Assembly (NCBI GenBank): GCA_030141605.1
Contig: JAQGDQ010000542.1
Coordinates: forward strand, 82,720 to 146,719
Source: Tubiluchus corallicola
Taxonomy: Eukaryota > Animalia > Priapulida
Length of the DNA stretch: 64,000 bases
Direction: 5' to 3'
Positions 1-12,900 of this stretch are shown here, piece by piece; position 1 is the stretch's first letter; each line of letters begins with the position of its first letter. Below the pieces are notes generated by a model, which worked only from the letters and a program-made list of their open reading frames with translations, was not told the origin of the DNA and did not search any database. The position numbers and the translations under genes are program-made.

Positions 1-114
1 TTAGAACTGACATTTGAATAATAGCATACTAAAATAAGATCTGATATGCACAGAACCTAAATGACGAATGCTTAAGTTCTAAAATTCAATTTATTTTCAA
101 TATAATAAACTAAC

Positions 115-891
115 AGAAGGTTTTGCTGTTGCTGTAAAGTATACTTTCCCCCGGCAGCCATTGCTGATAAATGGATTGCTTCAATAGCGCGGTCAACTGA
201 CAACAGTACGTCGTCACACGGTACCTAGAAAGTACATAACAAGTTAATTACTAGCTCACTAATTACTAAAAATACAAAAATTATATTGTGATTAACACAC
301 TCACCTTACTTAAATGAAAAAATGATTATAATTATGCATGCTTCTATAGATAACTTAATAATGTAAATAAGGATGAAGTAAATAATGTAATAATAGCAAT
401 GGTATAAGAGCAATGAAACTGAAAGTTGAGAAAGGAAAACATCATATGTAATTACGACTTTGAGTGAGCCTTAAAGAGTGAAAAAATTTTAATTACGAAT
501 TTGAATTATCTGATTATCTGTCAATGCACCAACATATATATATATATATGTGTGTATGTATATATACATACATACATACACACATGTACACACATACATA
601 TATACACTACACATATATACAATACATACACTCATGTATATAAACACACACACGCATGCACACATACACATATATGTACCCATATTTAAATGGGGGAGAA
701 AACAGTTTACTCTTCTTACTGACCTCATCTTTAGTAATGTAAGTCACAGGTACAAAACCTATTTTCCGTTCAGCATTTTGTACTTGCCACCAATTCTGGT
801 TAGAAGAATCCAAAATAACAAAACTTTCGCCTTCATTGAAGCTCAAACTTCTGGCATCATTTGCACGAAAATTATATAGCGCTTTGTACAT
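115..891 (-). CDS. NCKIPSD: NCK-interacting protein with SH3 domain (SPIN90/WISH/DIP1), first two coding exons; gene continues off the left edge
   Basis: Coding exons 891-724 (MYKALYNFRANDARSLSFNEGESFVILDSSNQNWWQV...GFVPVTYITKDE, N-terminal SH3; donor GTCAGT) and 224-115 (VPCDDVLLSVDRAIEAIHLSAMAAGGKYTLQQQQNL; acceptor CTAG, donor GTTAGT). An SH3 at the very N-terminus followed by a DRAIEAxH...GGKY motif is what I recognise from NCKIPSD. An acceptor (TTAG) just upstream of 906 implies a non-coding exon further 5'. Confidence 0.88.
534..680. repeat. Imperfect (TA)n/(CA)n/(TACA)n microsatellite in NCKIPSD intron
   Basis: Alternating tatata/cacata/tacaca runs seen directly; source of spurious H/T/Y/I-rich ORFs. 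Confidence 0.85.
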
Positions 892-1771
892 GTCTGTCAA
901 GTCTTTCTAACAAATACAAAATGTAGTAAACTAGTGCCCAGTGAAAACCTTAAGTTATAACATTTTTCATCAACTTGAGAGCCCGGACAAATTTAACTGA
1001 CAATCTTTTAATTGGGTCATGGTTATTTTCAAAGAACTTTGAAGATCTCCCATATTATTGATATAGTTTTTTCGTCCGCGAATTTTTGGTTTTGAGTCTA
1101 CACACAGAATGGTAGTTTAATAATTAAGAAATTATAAAGCAGTTTTTTAGCCATTGAATCTAATATTATGATACCAAGTATCACGATGTAATATTGATTG
1201 TTTACCTATTGTTTTTAATGGGTGGCAGATTATTTCAAATAATTTTACCTTCAGACTTCTATTTACAGTCATTAGACATTACTTATGCCACATAATAATG
1301 AAATGCTAGTCGAATGAAGTTACACGTTTTTAAATCAAACGAGCGGTCATTATTGACAAAACTGCGTAGCAGCAGTTGAAAAATGAATTTTAATTTTAAT
1401 GCATTCTTATTTGACAATAGTGGCTATTTGCTAATTCTATTCAAAACTTCATTTATCTCCAATACTATATTCATAAGACAATTACAACAAATTATGTAAA
1501 GCGTGTAGAGATGGGGTGACGAAAGACCAGGAGGTCATCGAATCAGTCACCCCTATATAACTTAAGAAGTGTAAAGGACTGCAGACGTGATAGTGGTATT
1601 TCGCTATTTTATAGCTTTGTTGGAACACCAAGATAAAGGATGTTTTATTAGAGGCCTCTTTTCTTAGTGTTCTTCAAAGAAGACACGTTTGTATCAAAAA
1701 CAATAAAGTATTTCCATTTAAAGTCGCTTGTGTACTATTTAGTCACTTCATTTCTCTATCTGAAATCTTAA

Positions 1772-2993
1772 GAGCGCGTCCGCGAGAAGACCATGCAAAA
1801 TCGAAAAATTCCGGCACAAGGCTAGGTAACCGATTCGGACCAAAGTTCGGGTATGAGGTCCACTAGTCACTAGTATTCACTGTGTGAATCTGCTTGGCCC
1901 AACTCCTCATAGTAGCAGAGGTACGGCATAAGCCGATTTTCATGAACAAATACCTATTTTTCTCTATTTTTTACTCATATTTGAAGGATTAGCCATGCAG
2001 CAACCACTGAGTTTGAATAGATCTGACTCTGCACAGTATTGGATCTTGTTATCTTCTCCAAAATGACTTTTCGACTTTTGTCCTAAACCCCCCTCTTTCG
2101 GCTCTACTGGGGGTCTTTAAGCTCACATTACGTGCAAGATGCAAATACTCAGTCATTTCAAAGTCTTATATCTCACCCACTGCGGGGGCGGGGACAAAAA
2201 TATCGACATGTATGTGAATAGAGCATCCCATCCCACTATGCTGCAGTGACAATTTCGATGGAGCGAATTTCCATCCTATTGTAAATGACCCCTGAAAGAG
2301 GCATATATCAGGGTGAAAATATAGCTAACAACGTTCATCAAAAAGCTTCGTGTAGGTAAACATGAGTTGTCAAATCTTGTCAAAATACTTCAAAACATCA
2401 TAAATATTCATCTTTGGCAACTAGGGGCCTGGCCAGCACATTGGTTAAACTACCGACAGGATTGGACTCCAGCATTCAAGATGGCGCCCACTGCTGAAGT
2501 AAAATGTTCGTTTTCTGGGCTGTTTACCAGCGTTAAATGCGGCATTGTGACTAGTTATCCGCACGAAACGAATATTGTGAATCTATTAGCCTGTACTAAA
2601 GACACTGGACCGCATTTAGAGCGCTTCCAATCTTAAAAAAATGAAATATCTACGGAATGGAAATATCTACGGAAGATTTTCACTTTATCACTTTCCCCAT
2701 GATATATTTGTCTATATTTCTGTATCTATCTTCTAGTGATAATCTACCTGCATCGATAATTCTTTCTCTATTATTTAGATATTATGGTTTTGATTACTTG
2801 TACTACTCTTCAGTGATAGGATTATGCTGCTACAATAGGAACAGTATTTTGGACTTAGAGAAATTAATTCTGACTGAGTTTTGTAGTTTTTTCATTTTTG
2901 CACTGATATTCATAATCTTCTATGTATAGCCATGAAGCTTATTCATATAAAAAGTATAAAAAATGAACGGACGTATAAAAATGAACGGATTTC

Positions 2994-3032
<39 letters not shown>

Positions 3033-4160
3033 AAGTGTTGTCAGATTCTTTCGCTAGCAATGACTCTCAATCTTGATAATCGGTACTTCTTTTCTATTAG
3101 AGGGCTTATTGTTTAGTCTTTCCTGGTATCCACTAGCGATTCAGTGTGTAGAGAATGCCCTGAATAAGGGTCGGACTCGGTACTAGGGGCATGCATGATG
3201 TCCTGTCCAGAAATCCATCAGAAGAGGCAATTATTCATATTTGTAGTCATATGAAAATTCCGACATAACTAAACCAATTTAAGATGAAATTCGCAAATTT
3301 CTAGTAATTTCCATGGCAAAGGAATCTGTTGCTACTAGGAATGGAGAGCACTAGTCACAGAAAATGCAGGTTAAACGTGGCTAAATGTCTACTGTCATAT
3401 ACGACCTGAGCCAAGTATGTCTACTTTTTACACATGGACGGAAGTACTATGGAAAGTAAAAAAGTGTGTTGATATGGTAATTTTTTCTAACAGTGCCCCT
3501 CTATATAATGTCATTCATGATATTATCTCAGCTCGTGCGTTTTCATGAAATTTAGAATACAGATTTGTCACTTATAATCCAGCACATAGATAGAAAAAAT
3601 ATTGAAAAACTACAAAAAAAGCGAATTTTGCTGATTTTTGTGAAATTGTAAAGTGCCAGTACTAAATACTCAAACAGGCTCCAGCGAATTTTCTTTTTTA
3701 TATTATTAGTGAGGATGATGGTTAACACATACATGAAAACCAGAAGTTCTGTAGCCCCGCAGTGGGCGAGTTATGAGCCTTACAACTTAACCTCTCCCTG
3801 GACTCTTAACAAAGAGCCGAATTTGAAAAATCCCGTTCTCTGATACTATTAATAGTATGTCAGAAAAAGTTAGGATATCAGAAGACAATGTCTGGGTCTA
3901 TGTACCAGCCAACTTACATCGACCCATCTATAATAGTTTCTACAGGAGAAAAAGTTAAAATAACCCCCCAAAATAGCGATTTTTTGCCTCTTTTGAGGTC
4001 AATTTCTTGATGTGGTCATTTCTCTGCTAATAGTAGCTCGATCGATTTGATATCTTGGTTACATGGTTTTGGGGGGTCGCCCTTCATATTAGAAAAAAAT
4101 GATATAAATTCGTCACCCCTCATGTGCCACCCTCTGCATGGTGCTCTCGCGGACTCCTTC
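1772..4160. mobile_element. About 2.4 kb non-autonomous DNA transposon with TTAA flanks and 26-bp TIRs (Kolobok-like termini)
   Basis: TTAA at 1768-1771 then GAGCGCGTCCGCGAGAAGACCATGCA; right end reverse complement GAAGGAGTCCGCGAGAGCACCATGCA (21/26 identical) then TTAA at 4161-4164. TTAA TSD with purine-purine termini fits Kolobok rather than piggyBac (CCY). No transposase ORF inside. Confidence 0.65.
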
Positions 4161-4379
4161 TTAAATGTGTTGTTTAAGGATGGCATAGCCTTAGCTTAAC
4201 TCAGTATCTTTATAATGCTACAGAATAATTTTCACCACTTTGTACTAGATTGCAGCATAAATGACCATAAATTTTTTTGGTCATGACATTGTGGTGATTG
4301 TATTGTTTTTGTGTTTTGCATTGTATTGTATTGTGTGTATTTTGATATCTGGAAAGAGGTGCAGCAAGTTACATAAGTA

Positions 4380-4653
4380 CAGTAGGCGCCGCTTAATACA
4401 CTCATTTTGGGACCGAAGTCTTTTGACCCAATTAACCGATGGGTGTAGCATTATTGGTATAGAAGTATGAGTCATCAGTTTAGCACTGCAAAGACTTTAA
4501 TGAATTTTTGAAACGAAGTAATGCCTAAATTCCTTTGAGCAGTTGAAAAAAATTTTAAAAAATATTTTAGATATTAATTTATATAAGTGAATTAGCAATA
4601 AATTAAAAAGTATACTTTTCTAAATCACACAAGTCTGTTTATTTGCAAAAATT
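4380..4653 (+). mobile_element. Dispersed repeat, TA|CAGTAG-start Tc1/mariner-type MITE fragment (copy 1; copy 2 at 38113-38395)
   Basis: TA-CAGTAGGCGCCGCTTAATA...TTTTGACCCAATTAACCGAT...AAATCACACAAGTCT aligns along its length with 38113-38395. Confidence 0.65.
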
Positions 4654-4971
4654 ACTGTACCCGCATCAGTGGCTGTTAACTGATTAAGCGTGAAAGTGTG
4701 TTTTGCAATGAGACTTACAAAAGCAAACTGCTAGACAAGTGATTAAATGTTTGAATTCCAGAAATTCTTGGGTAACACAGTGGAAGAGCAACAGATTGAA
4801 AGCAAATCCACTAATTCAGAATTTATATATCCATGGCCATATTAATTAAATCATAATTTTTAATATTTGTGAATAGTTGTAAAGACGTTTTATTTTTATT
4901 CGTTATTTCTTTTCGTTATTGCACAGTGGCTTAGATTGCACTGATGCATTTGCCTTTAGCAGTGTAAGTTT

Positions 4972-4986
4972 ACACACACACACACA

Positions 4987-5062
<76 letters not shown>

Positions 5063-5110
5063 TATTATATTATTATTATTATATGTATATTATAAATATA
5101 TATATATATA
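4972..5110. repeat. Compound (CA)n(TA)n microsatellite
   Basis: Seen directly. Confidence 0.9.
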
Positions 5111-5199
5111 AATATCAGTATTTAAATACAACATTAAGTCGTTAGTGTATTAGCGATACTCATCGATGAAGAGTGTGTCATCATCTCAAATGAAAGGAA

Positions 5200-6505
5200 G
5201 CAGAATGTAGCTGTAGCTAAACAAATTTTGCGCGACATTTATGTTGACAACTTTATTTCAGGAACTCCCACTCTAGATGAAGCCAAAGTTCTTTACAGTC
5301 AGAGTAAACTATTATTTTCGTCGGCAGGCTTCAACCTTAGAGAATGGGGGTCGAATGACGCAGATTTTTTGCATAGTATTCCTGTCGAAGACTGCATAAA
5401 ATCAAGTGTTGTCAAAGTTTTAGGTATCACTTGGGACTTACAAAATGACACGTTATCTATTGCAAAGGTAGACCCTGATCGGTTGTTACAGGCTAATACA
5501 AAGAGACAGGTATTGAAAGCCTTAGCAAGCCTTTTTGATCCGTTGGGCGTCGCAAGCATTATAACAGTTAATGCAAAGTTGTTTTTGGCATCTTTGTGGA
5601 AAGAAAAACTAGATTGGGATGAACCCCTTTCTGAATCGCACTCAAAACGCTGGTGTGAAATTGCCTTAACGTTGCTTTCTATATTCAATTTGCACCTTCC
5701 AAGGTGTATTAGCGCATGTGGGGCAGTATTTCAGTTAGTATGTTTCACAGATGCTTCTGAACTCCTAAACAGTTGTCGGTGTTCGTCGAAAATCGAATTT
5801 GTGAAATTCGAAAGCAGGTTCACACTCAGTTTCGATACGTTCCGTCTCAATCGAACCCTGCGGATGGCACAACTAGGTCAGGTGTCACTAAAATAGATTC
5901 GTTCTGGCTACACGGTCCGCACTTTCTCAAAGAAAATGAAAGTAACTGGCCTGAGAGCCAGTTGCCACCTCTAGAAGCTGAACGACTGACAGGTGTAAAT
6001 AGCGAATTAAGAAATAGCATACTTTATGAGACGCAGTTTTTAACACTCGATCAGTCCGTTCGAATTAATGAGCTGTCTATGTTTGATATAAACCGATTTT
6101 CTAGTCTAAACAGACTGTTAAGCACTACTAGCTGGGTGTATCGAGCTGTAAAGCGTTTTAAAGGGGAAAGGTGTGCTATAGGCCGTATTACTACAAATGA
6201 ACGCTCCTATGCTAAGTTAAACTGGATAAAACACGTCCAAAGACAAACATATGTAGATAACGAAGGACGTGCGGCAGCGGTTAACCCAGCACTACAACAG
6301 CTAAGTCTTGCTTTAGATGAACTTAGATTATCAGATGCTTAGGTAGGTTGCAAAATGCTAATCTCACACAAGGTACGTCTAGGCCCATTCTCCTACCTAA
6401 AAACAATCAGTTTACAGTTCTGTTGGTAGAACATGTACACAAACTAAACCTTCATGTTGGCGTATCGCAGACGTTAGCATTATTACGTAAAGAGTTTTGG
6501 GCAAT
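5200..6505 (+). mobile_element. Decayed BEL/Pao LTR-retrotransposon pol fragment (RT C-terminus, RNase H, start of integrase zinc-binding region)
   Basis: ORFs 5228-5896, 5773-6342 and 6348-6539 in shifting frames carry YVDN, FNLREWGSN, KVLGITWD, TKRQVL...FDPLG, WKEKLDWDEPL, FTDAS, FVENRICEI, YVPSQSNPAD, WLHGPHFL, RFSSLNRL, PILLPK and H...HVGVSQTLALLRKEFW, in BEL/Pao order. Frameshifts and an internal deletion after FTDAS; no LTRs or gag seen. Confidence 0.92.
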
Positions 6506-6976
6506 TGTCGTGGTGACTTTTGCGACGACAGTAAAATGAAAACGAGAACTTTTCCTTGTGCCATAACGCTAAATTTATTCCTTTTACGAGAGCGCAATAT
6601 ACATGTTTTCTTTTCCATATCAACTCAACAACTAACTAACTTCTTTTAACTAGGTTAACTCCTTGAACCAGTTCCTACAGTTACACGTAAATTAACTCAC
6701 AATGGCTTCTTTACGAAGCCCAAACTTCACGACAATACCTGCTTACAAACAAAACGGTACTTAACATGATTTTTCTACATATATTATAGTGCACAAAAGC
6801 GAAGTAAAGATGACATAAAAGTAGGAAAGGTTCTGTTTACCGTGATTCTATTAAGTGGTGTCTACTGTATATTCGTAATTCGTATAAAACATTTTTGAGC
6901 TGCAAAATTGGTTTTAGCATTTAAATTTTCTCTATTTTTAGAAGTTTTGAATAGCTGACTGCCCCAAAAAATAAAG

Positions 6977-9900
6977 ATGGCATGCGAGTCAAGTATTTTG
7001 CAACAGCTGAGGGATCTTGCAGCTATCTGTGTGAAATCTGATTCCACTGAAATTTATTATCCCAACACTGGCAGACAACCGGAACCTGTGCTACAGCGCC
7101 GTCTTCGGGAGATAACCTTTTCTACATTGTTTTCTCACTTAGCTGGACCACTGGGTATGTGCAACTTTTGTGTTGAAGTTATCATTAAAGTCAAAGTTAC
7201 TGCCAGGTGGAAGTACTTAAAATACGGCAAGTGTGTCTTGTGTTATTATACGTCAACTAAAAGCTTGTAGCGCTTGGAATGAGTTAAATTACGGGTGTCA
7301 ATTTGGCCTCAGAGGTCATTTGAAAGTGCAAACAAGAGCAGGGACAGATTAGGTGAAGCCGCAATTTGTTTCTTTATGATACAATGATTACGTTTCTTCA
7401 TAAATAAATAAGATTATTGTTTGCACAAATGTTTCAGTTTAAACTTAAAGGATGAATAGTAATATAGAAATATTAACATAGCGAAAAATATGTGTATAAA
7501 ATTAAATATCGGTTGTTTGTTTTTTGGCAAAATAGTTTCACGTTACTATTTTTATAGTTGGAGGGTTGGTTAAATGTTTTTTACGTCAAAATGTTGCATG
7601 TGAACTATCGCTTATTTTCAGTTTTAGTTAAAGTTTTTTATACATTTTTCCAGACTAAAAAGTTTTAGAAAATTTAAATTTTGCTTTTGCAACTTAAAAA
7701 ATCCTACTCTCATTACGAATATTAAGTTTCTCTTGATTGTAAGCGCTATTAAATTTAAAGAATCGCCATTTTTCGTTGTGCGAGACGAGTATCGTAATGA
7801 GTACACGCACCAGGTGACCAAAGACTGGAAAACAAACATCCATAACCAAAGACGCTTTCTGTACCTCTCCACTCGCGCCAAAGATGTGAAACATGGCAAT
7901 CTTTACGGCAGTACATGCATTCAAAATTTGCCAAAAAAGGTTAAGTTTTTTAATTTATAAGTCTCTTTTGTTTAATAATAACATGAATTCTTTGTGTGAT
8001 CATAATAATGTGTTAAAAAAACTTCAATGTCTCTTGGGGTTATTTAGACCTTTCATGTTTCTAATTCCAGGTACAGCATCTGGGTTTTCCCAAACCACTA
8101 CTGAGACTCTAACGCCTCTCCAGCAATTATTAGCTGTCATTTACAAGATGCGCTTACACCGGGACTATGATCGTGCCGCCTGTCTTGAAGATTGTATTGA
8201 TCGTCTTAAAGGTGTGCATAGTTCTGGCAATTTATAGTTGGAGTGTTTTAAAAAAAAATTTAAACATTTCAACTTTCGTTTTTGCGTAACACTGGTATGC
8301 TTGAATCTTATCTTAACACAGCTTTCCGTGCTAAATGCCTGTCAGAGAATGCCATATCAACTCCAAAGACATATAATTTTTTATTTATTCTCTTAATTGC
8401 AAAAAGTGTAGCAATGAAAAGTCGCATATAAAAAATTGGTACTACAGTTTCTATCTTGGTAAATAGTGTAGCATGTGGTAATGAGAAATTAGCTTCTTTA
8501 CTTAGAAAAGCATTGGCAGAGTATTAAGGTGTGTTCTGTGATGTTTGCTGAATATTGTTAGAATGTTTTTGAATTACCATGTTTGTTCTGAATCTCTGTG
8601 CCAAATTGTTGAGCTTACATGTTTCTCCTGAATCTTTTTGCCAAATTCTTGAATTAGCATGCTGGCTCCTTCCTTCTTATTGTTAGACGTGCATCATGCA
8701 TAATCATACAAAGTCAAGTTTTCAAGTGACAAGTTTCTTAAAGTCTTAAATTTTCTTTCAATGTGTGCATCAAAAGTCGCGAGCGAATACGATGCCGAAA
8801 TTTCCAGTGTGCCAAGCTTTGTGTATGACACATTTTAAGCTTAAGAAAACATTTGTGGTCAGAACTAATCAGAACTAACAGATTCACTGATGATCAGATG
8901 AAGGAAACACTAATGCCCATTCTAGCTGTAATATATCAACTAAGTGTGGCCTGGCAGTCAATGACAGTACATTCATCATTTTCCAAGGTATAGAATCTGA
9001 AGACTAAAACAGTTTTTTTTAATAGCATGTCAGGGCATAATTATATTATATAATTATATTATATTATATTATATTATATTATATTATATTATATTATATT
9101 ATATTATATTATATTATATTATATTATATTATATTATATTATATTATATTATATTATATTATATTATATTATATTATATTATATTATATTATATTATATT
9201 ACATTACATTACATTACATTACATTACATTACATTACATTACATTACCTTACCTTACCTTACCTTACCTTACCTTACCTTACCTTACCTTACCTTACCTT
9301 ACCTTACCTTACCTTACCTTACCTTACCTTACCTTACCTTACATTACATTACAGTAGTATACTTAGTACTCATGTCCAGTAGAATGCTTAGTGCTCATGT
9401 CCAGTAGAATGCTTAGTGCTCATGTCCAGTAGAATGCTTAGTGCTCATGTCCAGTAGAATGCTTAGTGCTCATGTCCAGTAGAATGCTTAGTACCCATGT
9501 CCAGTAGAATGCTTAGTACTCGTGTCCAGTAGAATGCTTAGTTCTCATGTCCAGTTAAAAACTGATTTCATTTTCAGAAGTGGCAGGAAAGGACGGTGTG
9601 CTAAGTGAAGATGTCAAGAGCATGATACAGCTACTGTTATCGCTGGCAGGCTCGGATGAGAGAAGAATCGAGAAACGTCCCATTTTTCGCATTCCTCAGA
9701 AATGCGTGACCAGACAGGTGTTACACCTTGTTTAAACATTTTATGGCTAATTTATTCATACCTGTGTTTTAAAATTAGATATTAAGTTTGTTTATTTATC
9801 TCCTTTCAGTTTGACTAGATAAGGTGCCTACCACGTATAACGAGATATCCCATATTGAACCTTGTTGTAAGCCGCGCTGCTTCAGCATTGATCATCGGCA

Positions 9901-12900
9901 ATTTCTTTTGCTAAGTACCTGTTCTAGTTTACAAACCCATTTTATCTTCATTTCTAGAAACTGAGAAAACTGCGACTCAATTTGCCTTCCGGTCCACCGG
10001 TGTACGGTGACAGCAACTATCGATGCGTGGACGACTTACAGTATATGCAGTACCCAAGGTAACGGAATATTGTTGGGCAAAGACAGTACTTGAGTTAGCG
10101 CAATGTTTTCGTGGTTACAATATTAAGCAATGCCGGGTCCGGTTGATAAACCGATTGGTGACTTGTGAGAACTGCTTTTTGGTGGTTTGAGTTGCTGTAC
10201 TGCCCACTCCGCCAGTGTTTCTAGTGAGAGAAGATTCGTATGATTCTGGTTGTAGTTAAGACATGTCAGCTACTTCTTTGTCTCATCACACCTTGATAAT
10301 AGGCTGATTTCTAGTCCCACCAAGTGCTGCCACATACATTGCGCAGTCATTGCTTTTTGGTACTAAATCTAGGCCTTCCAGCATACCAAGCTGTATCGAA
10401 AAGAACATGTGATAATGACGATGTATTTATTGACCTCGTGTATCAGCTCTGATGCCAAGTGTTTGATGAATGGACAGTGGAACATTTGAGAGGAAACTGC
10501 AGTTTGATATTTTTGAGTGTTCTTAACTTTTTTCATTGTGTGAGGTGACTGTCTTGTGGCATTATGTAATGTCCTGTTGATTTTAGTTTCTTGCGCATCA
10601 AATAAAAGTTCTATGAAACTAGGAAGTAGTTTTTTAATGTAGCAGTCGACTTTGCTATAAGTGATTTCTCATCTCTGTGAATCTGGGACTGTGTTTTTGC
10701 ACTAACAGCACCCCTTCCAAATCTTTTTTTTTGCATAACCATAATTATAATAATTGACAAGATAATTAATGATAAAATGGGGTGAATGAGTTGGCAATAG
10801 TACTAGATTTTTCTTATACTTTCATGAAACTTTTTAATGCTAATAATGATGATTGTAAACTTACTTTTTTCACCTTAAGAAGATATTTGTATGTAAAATT
10901 ATAATAATTATATATTTAGAAAGATTTTGTAGTTACCTGCTGTATGTTTAGTTTTTTTAGTTTCAAGTGGGAATGTGAGAATATGTTTACTTAGCCTTGT
11001 GGATTATGGGATGAGTTATTCTTTTTATTTCAGGGAATTGCTGCAGAATGGATCAGATTCTGCTGCTCCAAAGTTTGACTCCGCTTTATTTAAAGCTAAA
11101 GTTGGTCTTGATTTGAAAAGACGAGAGCCTCCCAATTTCTGCTTTAATTTGCGAAAAACCGGTTCTTCGCCTCCCAGTGTCATGCCGAAGTTGCTGCTGG
11201 GTTCTCAGGCAGAAAGCTGCACGAGTGATGCAAACATAGCACTCGCAGTGCCATCTATGGACACAAATAAACAACTAACATTGAAGACATCAAAATTTTA
11301 CTGCCAGAGAAGCAGTGAGGTAAAGTAAATAAACTTGAAATAAAGTTAAATTAAATTTAGCAAATTTATGGACTGATTTTTTATGAAAGATCCAGTTTTG
11401 GGACTTTTGAAATTAAATACGGAAATCTACATGCTTGTAACTTTCTGTCTGTCTGTCTGTTTATCTGTCAGAAGGTTTAGAATTCTTCGTTTTCAGAGAT
11501 TAAAATGATTTCTATTCTTGGCGAGATGTTGGGCTGAACAAAGTTCTTAAATACTTAAGAAGTATCTAAGTATATACATAAATATATATTGAATTCTTAC
11601 TTAAATCCTTACTTAAATTCTTCAGACTCTAAAACTTTCATGCTAAAACAAATCGAATGATGATTTTATCACATTGGCAAATGGGCCATACACAGACTAA
11701 ACCACTGACACAGATATTAAGCAGAAATTTTCAAATTAATAACAGAGGAGTAAGAGAGAAGGGGAAGCAATGGCAGGAGGGTGTGAGAGAAAGAGTGGAA
11801 ATGAGGAGATGGGAGAAAGAGTCCTTGCAGTTTCCCTTTGGCGATATTAACTGAACTGATGTCATAAATCGTTAGACATTTTGCTAATTAAAGACAAATT
11901 TAATTTTTATTAAAAGCTTGTGAGTAATCTATAGCTACATTTATATGTGTAAGAAAATTCAAGTCCATTTTACTGTTTCTAAAAGAGCGAAGGTTAGCGG
12001 TGCACCGAATATTTGGATCACCCAGTTTTTTCAGTGATTTTATATCAGTATAAAACCTGGTACAGCAAACTATCAGTTGTGATCACTAAATGTTCAGCAA
12101 ACCTTCAGCATTCCGAAGTTACTTTTTAACAATTGTCACATTTGGTGAAAATTATACAAACCAAATATTTCCCTATAATGCTTAGAAATATTTATGTGAT
12201 GAAATCTGATAGTAAACAGCGAACGCGACGTAGCAGTCGACATTTTGCTTTCTGTATGATAACTCGAAAAGTGTGGTGCTCTGTCGGTGCACAAGTCATG
12301 CCAATGCGCAATGGCATGGCGGTGCTGTAATTGTTTATACATGCTATACACAGGAAATAAGTCAATGAGTATTCTAGCAAGTAAACAATTATACTATTTC
12401 AGTTCTGCTTACTATTTTTTGTTGATTATAGAAAATAGTTTGAACAGATTTTGAAAGAATTAGAGTTGCTTTTAAAATACGTGATACTTTACTGTATAAT
12501 ATTCCACAAACACAAATTTAGTAATCAGAACAATTTTATACAACTCACCAATCACCACTAACTTAAACGATAAAACTTTACAGAGTTTGTAATTCTTTTC
12601 AATTAGAATTACAATAAAATTTGCTTCAGTTTCAGTAAAAAAATTCGGTTCAGCTTCAGTCTGAAATTCCAATTTAACATCATATTTTTTTCGGAATTCA
12701 CTTTGGCAGCACAGCCGATCATTTGGTTAAACTTTGGTGTGGTAACACAAATAAAAAATTTGGTTTCGGTTCTGTTGACGAAAATGTGCCTTCGTTACAT
12801 CCGTAGTGAAGGATTTATTTACTAAGATATTTTTTCCATCATTTTTCATTTTTTTTTTGCTTTTTTGCCACCATTTGTAGGAAAAGACAAAGTTTTTTGA

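Noticed and set aside
489-879. H/T/Y/I- and C/V/M-rich ORFs
   Set aside because: Microsatellite artefacts in the NCKIPSD intron or antisense to its exon.
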